This document shows positions 49,990 through 63,450 of a stretch of DNA of 64,000 nt, piece by piece (the stretch's first letter is position 1; each line of letters starts with the position of its first letter). Origin of the DNA: Eledone cirrhosa (taxonomy: Eukaryota). The stretch spans positions 129,518,001-129,582,000 of the forward strand of contig OZ024741.1 of the NCBI GenBank assembly GCA_964016885.1. Direction: 5' to 3'. A program made the position numbers and the translations under genes. The notes below the pieces were generated by a model, which saw nothing but the letters and a program-made list of their open reading frames with translations, did not search any database and was not told the origin of the DNA.

Positions 49990-52620
49990 ATGACAGACCT
50001 CGTATATGCAGCAGAACAGGTGCAGCAGCTGTTGCGATGTGCAATTTGCTTGGACAGATTCCGTCAGCCAAAGTTACTGCCATGCCAACACACATTCTGT
50101 GCGTCCCCTTGTCTAGAAGGTCTCATTGACTATTACACTCGGCGCATAAAATGTCCCGAATGTCGTTTGGAGCATCGTGTCCCTATAGCGGGCACTTCAG
50201 GGTTTCCAAATAACCTGACCATCATCAGTTTTCTTGAGCTTCCACAACAGCCAACTATGACTACCACCCCCTTCGACACTCCAACTCAACCTACTACTGG
50301 TTCAGCTGCTGTTTTGCCATCAACAACCCCACAGTCAGTCCAGGGAACTTCAACAGCTGTCGATTCTAGCACTAGTCATTCATTGCCTGTTGAGTCAAGG
50401 GTACCAAGCAACCATGCTATGTGCTCCGATTGTGGCCGTATGACTACATTGAGCACATGTTCGCACTGCAGGGAGGAGACATGTGAAACCTGCAGACATT
50501 CCCACATCACAAATATGAAGCAAGACATTTCACGACAGCTACAACGCATTCGACGTCTTCTACCGAATGTATCAGAGTCCCTCACCTCTGTTGATCACCG
50601 GCGAGATCAGCTCGAACGTATGTGCAACTCGGTGAAAAACACAGTTTCCGATACAATTGAAAATTATGTAAGAGAATTGAGATCAAGGCATGATTATCTG
50701 TTGTCAGAAATTGATACGTTCCTTCTCACAGAACTGAATGCTCTACAAACCTATCAGGAAAATTTAGAGCTTGACCTGACAACTATTGCCAGTTTTTGTG
50801 ATAGCACTGAGCCACTTCTAACACAAAGAGATGATATTGAATCATCTAATATCAATCTGCACGATATAAAACAACAAGTACAAGAACACATTTCAAAGCT
50901 GCAAAACCAATCAACTCTTGAACTGCCTACAGCCCGTCAGTTAACTTTACAAGCAGATGGCTGTCAGTTAGGTCCAGCTATTAACCATTTTGGGGAGTTA
51001 ATGGTAATTCTTAAGAGCAACCCAAGCACATATCTTCGAAATTCTTTACTTGGACCACCAGAATCTTTAAGAGGCACCAGCATTAGAGAATATAATGAAT
51101 CGAGGAGACAGAGCTTATCTGGAAATGATTCTGCAAGAATGGACAGTAATGGGGCTAGCAATGAAATTTTGAGTTCAAATGCAACTGGAAGTTTACTTCA
51201 GCAAAGTCTAAAACCTGCAGCTCCTCAAGCATCATCAAACCCTCAACATTCATCTGATATTGGATATGTTGCAGCAGGTGAAACTGCTTCCAACACTTCT
51301 TCTTTGCACACTGCAGCATTAGGACAACCCGGAGTTGCTACCTTCTTAGATCCAACTGCCTTCTTAGATAATGGTTTTGAGAGAGACTCCAAACATTCAA
51401 AAGAACCTCGAAGGAGCCAGTATGAAGCTTCTCCATCGAAAGTTTCTTCAGGTTCTGATGATAGCCGAAGTCGCTCTGGTAAGAAACAAGATTCACGGAG
51501 TGGAGCAAGAGCTGGAACTAGGATGGACTATACTTCCTCACCACAGGTCAGAAGCAGAAGCCTTTTTTCAAAAGATGATGATGAGGATGATGATGATGGC
51601 AGACTTTATTCTGAAAGGGATCTGAGACAACCAAGTGAACTCTATGGACAACAGAACCCACATCATGACAAATATGGATCTTCAGCTGCTTCTAATGAAC
51701 TGATGTTATATGAAGAAAATGCTTCTGCTCCACCACAGAGAAGATCTCTGCCAAATTCTCCTATTTTGGCCCATAGAAATATGGAACTTAATCCAGTAGA
51801 TCTCATATTACCAGCAGCTCTTACATGGCATGCAAGATCAGAAATTCCTACCAGATATAATGGCTTTTCTAGAAACCCTGCCAGCTATTACAGACAGAAC
51901 ACACTCCCCATTACATTTAACTGGCGAGGCCAAATCCTTGACGCCTCATATGGAAACCATAGACCAAATACACATTCACAATCTAGGCATATGGATATAG
52001 AAGAGAGTTCATCTTCAACTGACAATGATTCATCTAATAGAAAGAAGAGACTGGTTCCTCCGTCAAGGCTTGATACCCATGCCATAGACTTTGATTCTTC
52101 TGACTATGATTATGATGAAGATGATTCTGTTGTACATCCAGGACCAGGACGTAGACACTGCAACTCAGCAAGTACACTAGTTACTCAAGCAAGGAACAAT
52201 TATCGAGCCAAATGTCGCTCATGGACACGATTTGGTGAACATGGCAATGAAGAATGTCAGTTTATATCACCACGTGGTGTAGCGGCCAGCGACGATGATG
52301 AAATATATGTCTGTGACAGCAGCAATCACAGGGTAGAGGTATTTGATAACACTGGAATATTTCTGCATTCTTTTGGATCTTATGGCCAGGGAAATGGTGA
52401 GTTTGACTGTGTAGCAGATGTAGCTGTGAATCAATTTGGTAGCATTGCTGTCACTGACCGCTATAATAATCGAATTCAGATCTTTGATCGACATGGATGT
52501 TTCCAATCAGTAATTGGTTCTGGAGGACATGGTGATGGAGAACTTAGCTATCCATGGGGCATTGCCTGGGATGCCATGGGATTCCTTTACACTTGTGACA
52601 AAGATAACAATCGGATACAG
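49990..52620 (+). CDS. nhl-1: TRIM-NHL protein (RING finger protein nhl-1-like), coding exon 1: RING, B-box-like, coiled coil, disordered linker, NHL repeats 1-3
   Basis: ATG 49990; RING CAICLDRFRQPKLLPCQHTFC...C...CPEC; CSDC...CSHC...CETCRHSH; NHL repeats FISPRGVA..DSSNHRVEVF etc.; phase-0 donor CAG|GTAAGA at 52620/52621; 877 codons. Confidence 0.92.
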
Positions 52621-53360
52621 GTAAGAATGATTATTTCTAATAGTTTTATATTCTAGGTAACAATATCTATGAAAAAACTTAATTATTGAAATATGGAAAA
52701 TTCTTGTCTGTTGGTTTTGACAAATGGGAGAAAGAGTACTCAGTAACAAAGAAGCATGTAGTGTTTTGTTTGTCTGTAGCCTGTTACTCAGGAAGTTCCT
52801 TGATGGTTGGTCAGTTTTTCAGACAAGAAAAACTAGTTTGTTTTATCTGAGGAATTAACTACATGCTGGGGTATCTCCAGAGTAACAGGCTACTGGATAA
52901 GCATTAATAAAATGTGTGTGTGTGTGTGCATGCATACATATGTGCATATATATATATATTTGTGTGTTAAATTTATAAAAGCTTTTGGTTTACCTTTAAA
53001 GATTTATATATATATATATATGATGGCCGACTGAATATGTATGTGTTTTTTTTGCCTCCCCATTTTTTTTCTCATTTTCCCCATTCTTTCCTCTCTTCAC
53101 TCTTAACTTTCTATTTATCTTCTATTTCTAATTCTATCTTCTGATGAAGGACCTGTGTCCAAAACTCTTCCTGCTATTTCAAGTGTTAAACTAAAATATT
53201 TTTTCCATGTAAATGAGTATCAGCAATAGCTGTGAGTTTAACCCTGCGATGGACTGGCATTCTGTCCAGTGGGGAGTATTGTACTCACAGAGACTTAAAG
53301 CCATGGGAACTGGGATAAGCACTGCTCCGATAAGCCTCCAAGCTCGAGACAGACTTTTGA

Positions 53361-53390
<30 letters not shown>

Positions 53391-53396
<6 letters not shown>

Positions 53397-53786
53397 AAAT
53401 GGTAAAAAGGAAAAAAATACAGTAGAAAATGCTGGAGGGATTTTTTCAGTATAATATCAAAACATTTATTTATAAAGTGGGCATTTCCGCATTTAATAAT
53501 TGTTTCTACTTTAGGCACAAGGCCAGCAATTACCCAGTGCATTACTGGTACTTTATTTTATTGACCCTGTAAGGATGAAAGGCAAAGTCAACCTCGGCGG
53601 GATATAATGGCACCGATTCCAGCATTATATTCCGTTGTTGAAAAAGCATATAATGCTGAAACCGGTGCCATTATTAAATGGGGAAATGCCCACTTTATAA
53701 ATAAATGTTTTGATATTATACTGAAAGAATCCCTCCAGCATTTCCTACTGTATTGTTTTCCTTTTTACTATTTGTTTATATATATA
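53391..53786. mobile_element. Intronic fold-back pLTR-like element with a degenerate hammerhead at the apex, interrupted by a SINE (~53501-53603)
   Basis: 53391-53500 plus 53604-53630 inverted relative to 53648-53786; TTGAAAA-AGCAT-ata-ATGCT-GAAACCGGT at 53638-53666. Confidence 0.7.
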
Positions 53787-53914
53787 AACTTGTGTGGCAC
53801 TTTTCTACAGATCAATAATCATAACACATTGAGCTTCTCATCATCTCGTTTAGTCAAAACTAAGTGGATATCCTCATCATCACGTCCATTTTTGTGGCAT
53901 TGTGTTACCTCCCT

Positions 53915-54353
53915 TTATTTTCTGAGTTCAAATCCTGCTGAGGTTAGCTTTGCCTTTCCTCCTTATGAGGTCAGTAAAATAAAGTACCAGTAATGCACTG
54001 AGATCAATTTAATTGACTTTCCTCTTGCTCAAAATTGTTGGCCTTGTGCCTAAATCAGAAACCATTATTATTATTGGATTGGCAGTATCGGTAGAGCGTC
54101 AGACACCATGCTTTACAGCATAGAGTTATGGCCATTTACGTTCTGAGTTGAAATCCCGCTGAGGTTAGCTTTACCTTTCATCTTTACAGGGTTGATTAAA
54201 TAAAGCACCAGTAATACACTGGGATAATTGCTGGCCTTGTGCCAAATGTAGAAACAATTATTATTTTTATTATAATATTTTCCTTTGATTTTTATAATAA
54301 TAATTGTTTCTACTTTTGGCACAAGGCCATCAATTACCCAGTACATTACTGGT
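53915..54353. mobile_element. Cluster of Meta-type SINEs (two plus-strand copies, one partial minus-strand copy)
   Basis: Consensus matches at ~53915-54070 (+), 54075-54265 (+), 54298-54353 (-). Confidence 0.85.
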
Positions 54354-55057
54354 AAATAATAATGAAATTATTGTGTACAGTGCTCAGGTGAACTACAATT
54401 CATCAAAGGTGCATGTATAGTACATAGAACAATGTACAAATGTCAGGAAAGTGAACAGTGTATGAGTCATTATATACACACACAGATACATGTGAAATGA
54501 CTACCGAGTATCAACCAGATATTTAGGGCAGGCATCGTTGGTTTTTGACAGTTTTTGATAGCATTTTTTTTCATTTTGTTCCATCTTCACATTCACTTAA
54601 CCAATCACATCACAAAAGTTGATATGTAAATAAGTTTGTAGAGTGGTCATATAGGTGTCCAGCCCACACTGTAAAATGGTCGTGTAGGTGTCACAACCAA
54701 AGTACCAAGCCCACACTGTAAAGTGGTCATGTTGGTGACATGATAAAAAGCACCCAGTCCACACTGTAAGGTGATCATATAGGTGTCACAACAGAAAGCA
54801 CCCAGCATATACTGTAAATGTGGTTGGCATTAGGAAGGGCATCCAGCTGTAGAAACCAAGCCAAAATCAATACTGTATGAGCAAAACATGGTCCTTCATC
54901 CTAGATTTCTCACAACAGGACAGCCTGTCCTACCCATACTATTGTGGAAAATGGACGTTAAACGATGATGATGATTATGATAAAAGTAGGAGTAGAAGGC
55001 GATAAAAAGAAGTATTATTGAGTATAAAAGATATGAATTAATTTTGCATTAAGGATA

Positions 55058-55660
55058 CTAGCAGAAAAACCACCTTTCGGGTGGTTTTCTGCTAGCATGT
55101 GTAGTGTGTATGTTGATGTTTTACGCAAGTATATATACATGTAGATATGATACATCAAATAAAATCGTAATTGACAATATACATAGAAATTGAACGAAGA
55201 CTGTGTTACACTCTCTTATGTAATCAGTAACGTAATCCATGATACATTAAAAAAGACGATATTATATATAAACTGCATTAGGAGAAAATTAATGTTTATT
55301 TAGGCGATCGCTAACCGGAAGTGTTGCCATTTGAAAATGTTAAAGAAGTGAATCTTTAAATAAGTAATAAATATATTTAATCAACAGCCACGAAATTTAG
55401 TAGATAAATTATATAATATTCATTCATTATTTATTCAAAGTAATCCAGCTTATTTTACTAATGGGATAAAAAATTATAAACTGTACGCAGTCCCGCGCTC
55501 CTTACTTTATTGTAGTTTAGATTTGAATGGTATTAAATATTAATTAAAGTTGCGCTAAAACTTAAACAGAAAGGAGTGTGTGTTGACATATATTACAAAG
55601 ACAAAAATTTACTAACTATATGGACGGTACTTATTAGAACTATCTTTTAGATTTCATAGA
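55058..55660 (-). mobile_element. Non-autonomous Helitron, apparently complete (~600 bp)
   Basis: Minus strand starts A|TCTATG at 55660 and ends with hairpin accacccgaaaggtggt plus CTAG|T at 55058; no TSD; second copy at 1-235. Confidence 0.7.
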
Positions 55661-55664
55661 TGCT

Positions 55665-56005
55665 AGGTGTACCAGGTATGTTTTCTAGAAACTTTTGAAT
55701 ACCTTTCTGCATGGTGCCTAGAGCTCCTGGAATAGTTTGTTTTAAGGTGCCACGTTCTGTTTATCTCAATTTCTAGATCTTTGTATTTAGCAAGTTTCTC
55801 ATACTCTTTTGCTGACATATATTTATCAGACGGTACAGTTATGTCAATGAGTAAGCAGGTTGTTTTTTAAATCTTTAATAAAAAATATCGGGGAGGTTTT
55901 CATTAATAGTGTAATCTGTGTGAATAGTAAAGTCCCAAAGGATTGTTACTCCTTCAGTCTCAGTTACTGGTTGTAGTTTGTGTTCATACCAGTTTTCTGC
56001 ATTAT
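55665..56005 (-). mobile_element. R4/Dong-like LINE endonuclease fragment
   Basis: Minus strand AENWYEHKLQPVTETEGVTILWDFTIHTDYTINENLPDI; homologous in type to 11400-11830. Confidence 0.65.
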
Positions 56006-56243
56006 ATTTTTTGCATATTATTATTATTATCATTATTAAATGTTATCTTCATCATTGCACAGTGTTGATATTATGATATTAATTATTGGTATTTTTCTTC
56101 TTACCATCAAGCTTCATCTCCGAGCTTAAGATAAGATTTGTTTTTTACTCAACTAGATGGTATCCATCACTTTTCTAGATTATATATATAAATATATATC
56201 ACACAGACACATACATACATATGTGTGCATGTGTTTGTGTATG

Positions 56244-56278
<35 letters not shown>

Positions 56279-57261
56279 CTCAGTCTATTTCTCTATTTCT
56301 TTCATCTGTTGTCAACTGGGGAACAGGGTTGATTCCTGTATGAGTGCCAAACTGACAACTAGAATGTGATGTGTAATGGCATAATGTCTGAATATATACA
56401 CACACCTACTAAAATATCCTACCTAGCCATTGTCACCATGCCAACCTACAGCTGTCTTAATTTTAACATTCTAAACATTCCCTGCACAAAAAAAAAAAAA
56501 ATCTTTCAGGTTTCTCTTTTCTTTGATTTAGTGAAAGGTTTAGTTTGCAGCCCCTCTTTTATAACTTTAGCAAGGTGGTGTTAGAGAAATGTGAGCAAAT
56601 CATTTGACTTAAACCTTCCACTCACATGTCTATTCAGTCTGTATGTTGTTACTTGGCAGTGAATTGGCAGTCATTAGAAAGTCTGATAGAATGCTTGGTG
56701 GTATTCCTTTTAGCTCTCTGCTCTGTGAGTTCAAATCCTGCTGAGGTCAACTTTGCCTTTCATCCATTCAAGGTCAATAAAAAAAAGTACCAGTCTAGTA
56801 CTGGAGTCAATTCTTCCTCTATATCTCTTTCTCACTTCAATTCTCTCACTCTCTATCCTTCTTTGGAAGAAATCTGCTGTATCCAGACCTGGAGATGAGA
56901 TGGGCTCTACCAGGTTAAAAAAAATGTCCAAGAAATGTTGTATGTTAATACAGCACCACAACGACTCCATTAAGAGTTATGAGACCATAGAATACATACA
57001 GTAGTTACTTGACATGTTAGAAACATTAATACACTTTTCCTCAAATCCCACTTTAATAATGAAAAGACACATTATATAATACCCTGGACCCTTTCAATTG
57101 AAGAGATATGGTCACAACAAGAATGTCTTCGATCTTAGGTCTACTTGTTCAGGGGTGACTTGTGGTTAAACAACAACAACACAGATAGTGAACTGACAGT
57201 CATTAGAACATCAAATTAAATACCTTTGAGTTCGATCCCTGTCAAAGTCTACTTTATTTTA

Positions 57262-57452
57262 ATAATTGTTTCTACTTTAGGCACAAGGCCAGCAATTACC
57301 CCAATGTATTATTGGTACTTTATTTTATCGACCCCGTAAGGATAAAAGGTGAAGTTAACCTCGGTGGGATTTGAACTCTGTACGTAAAGAGCCATAACTC
57401 TGTGCTGCAGTGTATGGTGACTGAGGCTCCACCAATACTGTCAATCCACTGC
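57262..57452 (-). mobile_element. Meta-type SINE (an older plus-strand copy lies at ~56655-56880)
   Basis: Reverse-complement consensus. Confidence 0.82.
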
Positions 57453-57769
57453 TTTTCAATAATAATAATAATGATGATGATGATGATCTTCGTCGTCTTT
57501 TCCCAATTCCTGGGAGGATTGTGGTGGGAGGACACCCCGAGTCCTTAGATGTTCCTTCCAGTGGGTCCTGTCAGAAGCAACTGTTTCCACCTAATTCTGC
57601 TGTATCCCAAGTGTAACCAAGCTAATGGATGTTATCCAACTATCTTGCTCAAGATCTACAACTGGATCTCCTGTCAGTTGGTTTTTCCTGAAGGATTAAA
57701 AAATAAAATACCAGTTCAGTATTGGGTTCTTAAAGAATATTTGAACTGGGAAAGATACCTTGTGGTTTC

Positions 57770-58430
57770 TATTCTGTCACCATATATTATGTCGCCCTAC
57801 ATTCTGTCTCCTGTCGCCCTACATTCTGTCTCCTGTCACTCTACATTCTGTCTCCTGTCGCCCTACATTCTGTCTCCTGTCACTCTACATTCTGTCTCCT
57901 GTCACCCTACATTCTGTCTCCTGTCACTCTATTCTGTCACTCTATCCTGTCACTCTATCCTGTCACCCTATATACTGTCTCCTGTCACCCTATAGTCTGT
58001 CTCCCTACATTCTGTCTCCCTACATTCTGTCACCTTACATTTTGTCACCCTATCTCCTGTTACCCTATCTCCCGTCACCCTATCTCCCGTCACCCTATCT
58101 CCCGTCACCCTATCTCCCGTCACCCTATCTCCCGTCACCCTATCTCCCGTCACCCTATCTCCCGTCACCCTATCTCCCGTCACCCTATCTCCCGTCACCC
58201 TATCTCCCGTCACCCTATCTCCCGTCACCCTATCTCCCGTCACCCTATCTCCCGTCACCCTATCTCCCGTCACCCTATCTCCCGTCACCCTATCTCCCGT
58301 CACCCTATCTCCCGTCACCCTATCTCCCGTCACCCTATCTCCCGTCACCCTATCTCCCGTCACCCTATCTCCCGTCACCCTATCTCCCGTCACCCTATCT
58401 CCTGTCACCCTATATCTCGTCTCCCTATAT
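57770..58430. repeat. Minisatellite: 22-bp units grading into 22 perfect copies of a 15-bp unit
   Basis: ctacattctgtctcctgtc(a/g)c(c/t) then (tatctcccgtcaccc)22 at 58066-58395. Confidence 0.95.
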
Positions 58431-58839
58431 TTTGACATAGGTACATTGTTTCAGAGATGACCTAGGGTTAAACAACAACATTCACTGAAAAAAAGTCAAG
58501 AGATGGCAATTTACAAAACCATGATGCAGCCATAATATATCTATATATATTTTCATGACAAAAAGTGTTCAGTTCACATTGTATAGTGGTCATGTTGGCG
58601 ACACAACAAAAAGTGCCCAGCCCATGCTGTAAAGTGGTCATGTAGGTGTCATGACAAAAAGCACCCAGCATACACTGTAAATGTAGTTGGTGTTAGGAAG
58701 GGCATCCAGCTGTAGAAACCAAGCCAAAATCAGCCCCAGGTGAGCGAAATATGGTCCTCTGACCTGATGCTCTTCCAAAGGGTCAGCCCGTTCTACCCAT
58801 TGTAGTGTGAAAAATGGACGTTAGATGATGATGATGATT

Positions 58840-58900
<61 letters not shown>

Positions 58901-58964
58901 TCATCATCATTTTACGTCTGCTTTTCCTTGCTTGCAATATACACACACACGCATGCACACGCAT

Positions 58965-59054
<90 letters not shown>

Positions 59055-59059
<5 letters not shown>

Positions 59060-59845
59060 CATTTGCTGAGATGGAAAGAACATGGCCATGTACAGTTTGC
59101 AAGAAAGGTGTTGGAGTGACCTCCCTTAAATGAGTGATATGCACTGGGTACATCAAATATGTAGAGGTGTGAATGAATTATTAAATAATGTGGTAGCTAC
59201 ATTTGTGTAAAGTGTATATGAAGAGAGCTACAGATGGAAAGGGTGTTGAGCTGGTTCTTGGGATTGGTGCAAAGATGGAAGGTGTGAAAATGTTTTGTTA
59301 CCTTGGAGACATATTGAATGGAGATGGTTGGTCAGACTCCATGGCAGTATCTAGAGTGAGATGTGCATGGAAGAATTTCCAGGGACTGTATGGTGTACTA
59401 ATGAAGATTGGAGTATTGCTGAAATTGAAGCATTATTTCTGGGAACAAAGTATGGGTGATGGACATGGAGCACCTGAGAAGGCTGAAGAGAGTGGAAATG
59501 AGAACGATCACTGGAGTATCGGTGAGAGAGAAGAAAAACAAGCAAAACAATGAATTGCAGAGGATGATGGGTATAGAGCCAGTGATGAATGTTGTGAAGA
59601 GAAATAGAATGAGATGGTTGGGTGATATGTTGAGGAAGGATGAATGCAACTAGATGAGAGGAATAATGGAAATGAATGAGGAAAGAATTATAGAAAGGGA
59701 AGATCAAGAAAGGCATGGTTAAAGATGGTGGAGAAGGAAATGAAAACTAGGAGTTTGGTGATGGAGAACAAAAATGGAGAATCTTGCCATGCACCCCTCT
59801 GCCACAATAAGGCTAACCCCTTTTTTAGCAGGGAAGATGGCCTTA
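59055..59845 (+). mobile_element. Old RTE-clade LINE 3' fragment
   Basis: TWPCTVCKKGVG; FCYLGDILNGDG..SRVRCAWKNF; RNRMRWLGDMLRK. Confidence 0.8.
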
Positions 59846-61478
59846 AAATGCTTGCTGTTGCTGTATTTATATATATGTGTGTGTTTCTCTAAACACACAC
59901 ATATGTGTGTTTGTGTGTTTACACAAACACACAAACAATTTTTTCCACCACATTCTTTCTCCCCATAACAACATGCAGACACACATGCTCTCTATCTCAC
60001 ACTCGCTAGCTTCATCCACATTCCTTCTCTTTCCCCCCCTCTCTCTTTCTTTCTCATCTCCCCCTGTCCTTCCCACATGTAGACACCACCATCTTCCTGG
60101 TTAGCTAATTATAGGCCCATGAAAAATGTTAGGTACCTTATATACAGCAGCAGTGTGTAAGACTAAAAAACTATAACTATCAAAGATGGTGGTAGTGGTC
60201 TTGGTACTGGTGGTGGTGATGATAGTGTGTGTGTGTGGGGTGGGGGGGGGGGGTAGTGGTGGTGGTGATGGTGGTTGTGGTTTTTGGTGTTTGTACTGGT
60301 GGTGGTGGTTGTGGTTTTTGGTGGTGGTGATGGTAGTGGTGGTGTGATATGGTGATGATAGTGGTGGTAATGGTGATGGTGATGATGGTGGTAATGGTGA
60401 TGCTGGTGGTAGTGGTGATGGTAGTGGTGGTGGTCGTTGTTGTGATTGTGGTGGTAATGCTGGTGATGGTGGTGGTGGTGATATGAGGTAGTATGAAGAT
60501 GGATATGTGGGGATAAGTAAGAACAACAACAACCACAACAACAGCAAACATTTCTACTAGACTGTGTGTATGTGTTTTGTCACTTCTCTCTGCAGTAGGT
60601 AGTATTTTAGGAAATAGGATCTACCTGAAAAAGTAGTAACACCTGGATTGTCAAAGGTGTGAAGAAGCAGTATTGTCTTATTCAGTGCTACCTTCATTAT
60701 TATCATCACTATAGTCACAACTATCAATACCCCCACCAACACTTCCACCACCAACAACAGACCCCACCACCACCACCAACCACAACACCACCACCACCAC
60801 CACCGCCACTACTTCCACCAGCAACATCATCATCACTGCTGTCACTACTATCTTCATCTTTCTACTGGGGATGATTTAACTCTTTCAATACCATATTTCT
60901 AATGAAAGAAACTTTATTATTTTCAAATCATTTTGAAAATAATCAGGAATTTGGAGAAATTTACTAATATAACTAGCTTTTATATCATTAAGCTGCTGCT
61001 TGAAATATAACTTTATAAAAGTTCTTACATAAAATTATGACGGAAGGTTTATATTTAAACATAAATACTTTAAAAATAAACAGGTTAGAACCAGGGGTGG
61101 TTTGGTATGAAAGGGGTTAAAATACTCCCCTTCCTCCCCACTCCACTCCACTATAAACTTCTGGCCTTGTGCCTATGTTAGAAATCATCTTCATCTTTAT
61201 TTTCCACCTCATCATTTAATGTCCATTTCCCCTGTTAGTAAGGCTTGGACAGGTAATCAGAAACAGTCAGTACTTAAGTCATTGCACTAGGGACATCCTC
61301 ATGTCTTTGGCAAGTTTAGCAAGTTTTCTATGGTTGGATGTCCTTCCTATCACCAACCACTTTATAGAGTGCAAAGGGTGTGTTTTATTGTGCCACCAAC
61401 ACTAGAGAGGTTGTTGTCTCCTTGACTCAACTGAAGAGTTTTCTCAACTACCATAATTATCTTTTTTCTTATTTCCAG

Positions 61479-61913
61479 GTATTCCAGTCTAATGGTAACT
61501 TTGTACGCACATTTGGAGGCCCAGGTCGTGGACATCCTGGCAAGTTTGATGCTCCATATTACTTAGCAGTCAGTCCTGACAGTCACCTGTATGTTTCTGA
61601 CTGTAACAACCATCGGATACAAGTTTTCAGCTTCTATGGTGACTTCCTGTTTAGTTTTGGCCACGAGGGTAGTGACAATGGTCAACTGAAGTACCCGAAG
61701 GGAATATCTATTGATGAACAAGGATTTGTCCTTGTGGCTGACAGCGGAAATAATCGAATGCAGGTATTTCGAGGTGATGGAACCTTTTACGCATGCTTTG
61801 GCTCTCGAGGGGAGCAAGCACATAACTTCAATGGCCCAGAAGGAGTGGCTGTCATGAACAATAGCTGTATAGTGGTTACTGACCGAGACAACCATAGAGT
61901 ACAGCTTTTTTAA
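61479..61913 (+). CDS. nhl-1: TRIM-NHL protein (nhl-1-like), coding exon 2: end of NHL repeat 3 and repeats 4-6
   Basis: Polypyrimidine tract and ttccAG|GTA acceptor at 61478/61479; splicing restores DNNRIQ|VF; three more NHL repeats; TAA 61911-61913. Confidence 0.93.
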   Translation, partial: VFQSNGNFVRTFGGPGRGHPGKFDAPYYLAVSPDSHLYVSDCNNHRIQVFSFYGDFLFSFGHEGSDNGQLKYPKGISIDEQGFVLVADSGNNRMQVFRGDGTFYACFGSRGEQAHNFNGPEGVAVMNNSCIVVTDRDNHRVQLF

Positions 61914-63089
61914 ACTGGACATCAGACAAAGGGGACTTGAAGCCATGTGATGTTGGGTTGGGCAAGAATGTTGTCTCAAGAGGGTGGGAAACTATTGGAT
62001 CAGAGGTAAGTAGTTTATACACTGTTATATTTCTTATTGTTGTTCTATGTTCTGATTTTTTTTTAGGCTCTTTGATGAATCTATTAAATTATTAATTTTA
62101 TTGTAATATACATTTTAATATACATTACAGCAAAGTAGCTCACTTAGTGGTAAAAGATCAAAAGCAGACACAAGTGCCTAAGCTAAACAGTTTCACTCTA
62201 GCCCTTTAGCATTCACATTATTTTATATATACTATTATATTTTCATGGTAAAGGCTTTACCTCACATAATTATCTCACATAATATCGAATCTATGAGAAC
62301 AATACCTTAACATCAGTTTGAGTGACCAGTTACAGCCAGTTTCAACAGAAAGAGGTAAAGAATTCTGGCCGGTTTTGGCCGGTTTGAATACTAAAGGGCT
62401 AGGCTACTTTTGACCATACTGTTTTGTTATTTTACAACCTTTTATTGGGCTAATCTTTGCAGCTCAACCTTGATAGCTTAAATGTTGTTGATGTAATATT
62501 TCAAAACTGAAGTAAAGGCATAGTTCCTTGAAGAATGGTAGATTAAAACATTTTTGGATTATTGTATTCTTAGAGAGTAGTGGATTTGAAGTATCAGTAG
62601 TGCTTCAGACATATAGTTACATCCCTTTATATTTTGTGTTCAAATCAGCTTGACCTTTCATTCTGACTGGGTCGATAAAATAATGAACCAGTAATACACT
62701 GAGGTCAATTGATCAATTTTCCCCCAAACCAAAATTATAGGCTTGTTCCTATATCAGAAACAGTTATTATATTTTTTAATAGTTCTGGGAAGAATTTATC
62801 AGCCCTAGTAATTCTTTTGGTTCAGTATATGAAGCCATTGCCAAAGAGGAGGGTGGGAAACACAAGATGGCACAGTCATGGTTCCCCACCTCATCCCAGC
62901 CTCCATGATATATCAATGGTACACTCTCAGATTTAGAAAACAGGGTTTATAAAAAATGTCCTGAAATAAGTTACGCACGCACGCACGCACGCGCACGCAT
63001 GCATATATACACATATATACATACTAGAAAAATGTTCAACTCGCTTATGCATATGTGAACATGTGTTTGTTTGTGCATAAGCATACATT

Positions 63090-63450
<361 letters not shown>

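Noticed and set aside
57760-58440. (SPYLP)n and (VTGDR)n ORFs
   Set aside because: Intronic 15-bp minisatellite with no splice or domain support.
61380-61478. Independent 177-aa NHL gene
   Set aside because: The first 33 codons are intronic; splicing from 52620 restores the split NHL repeat.
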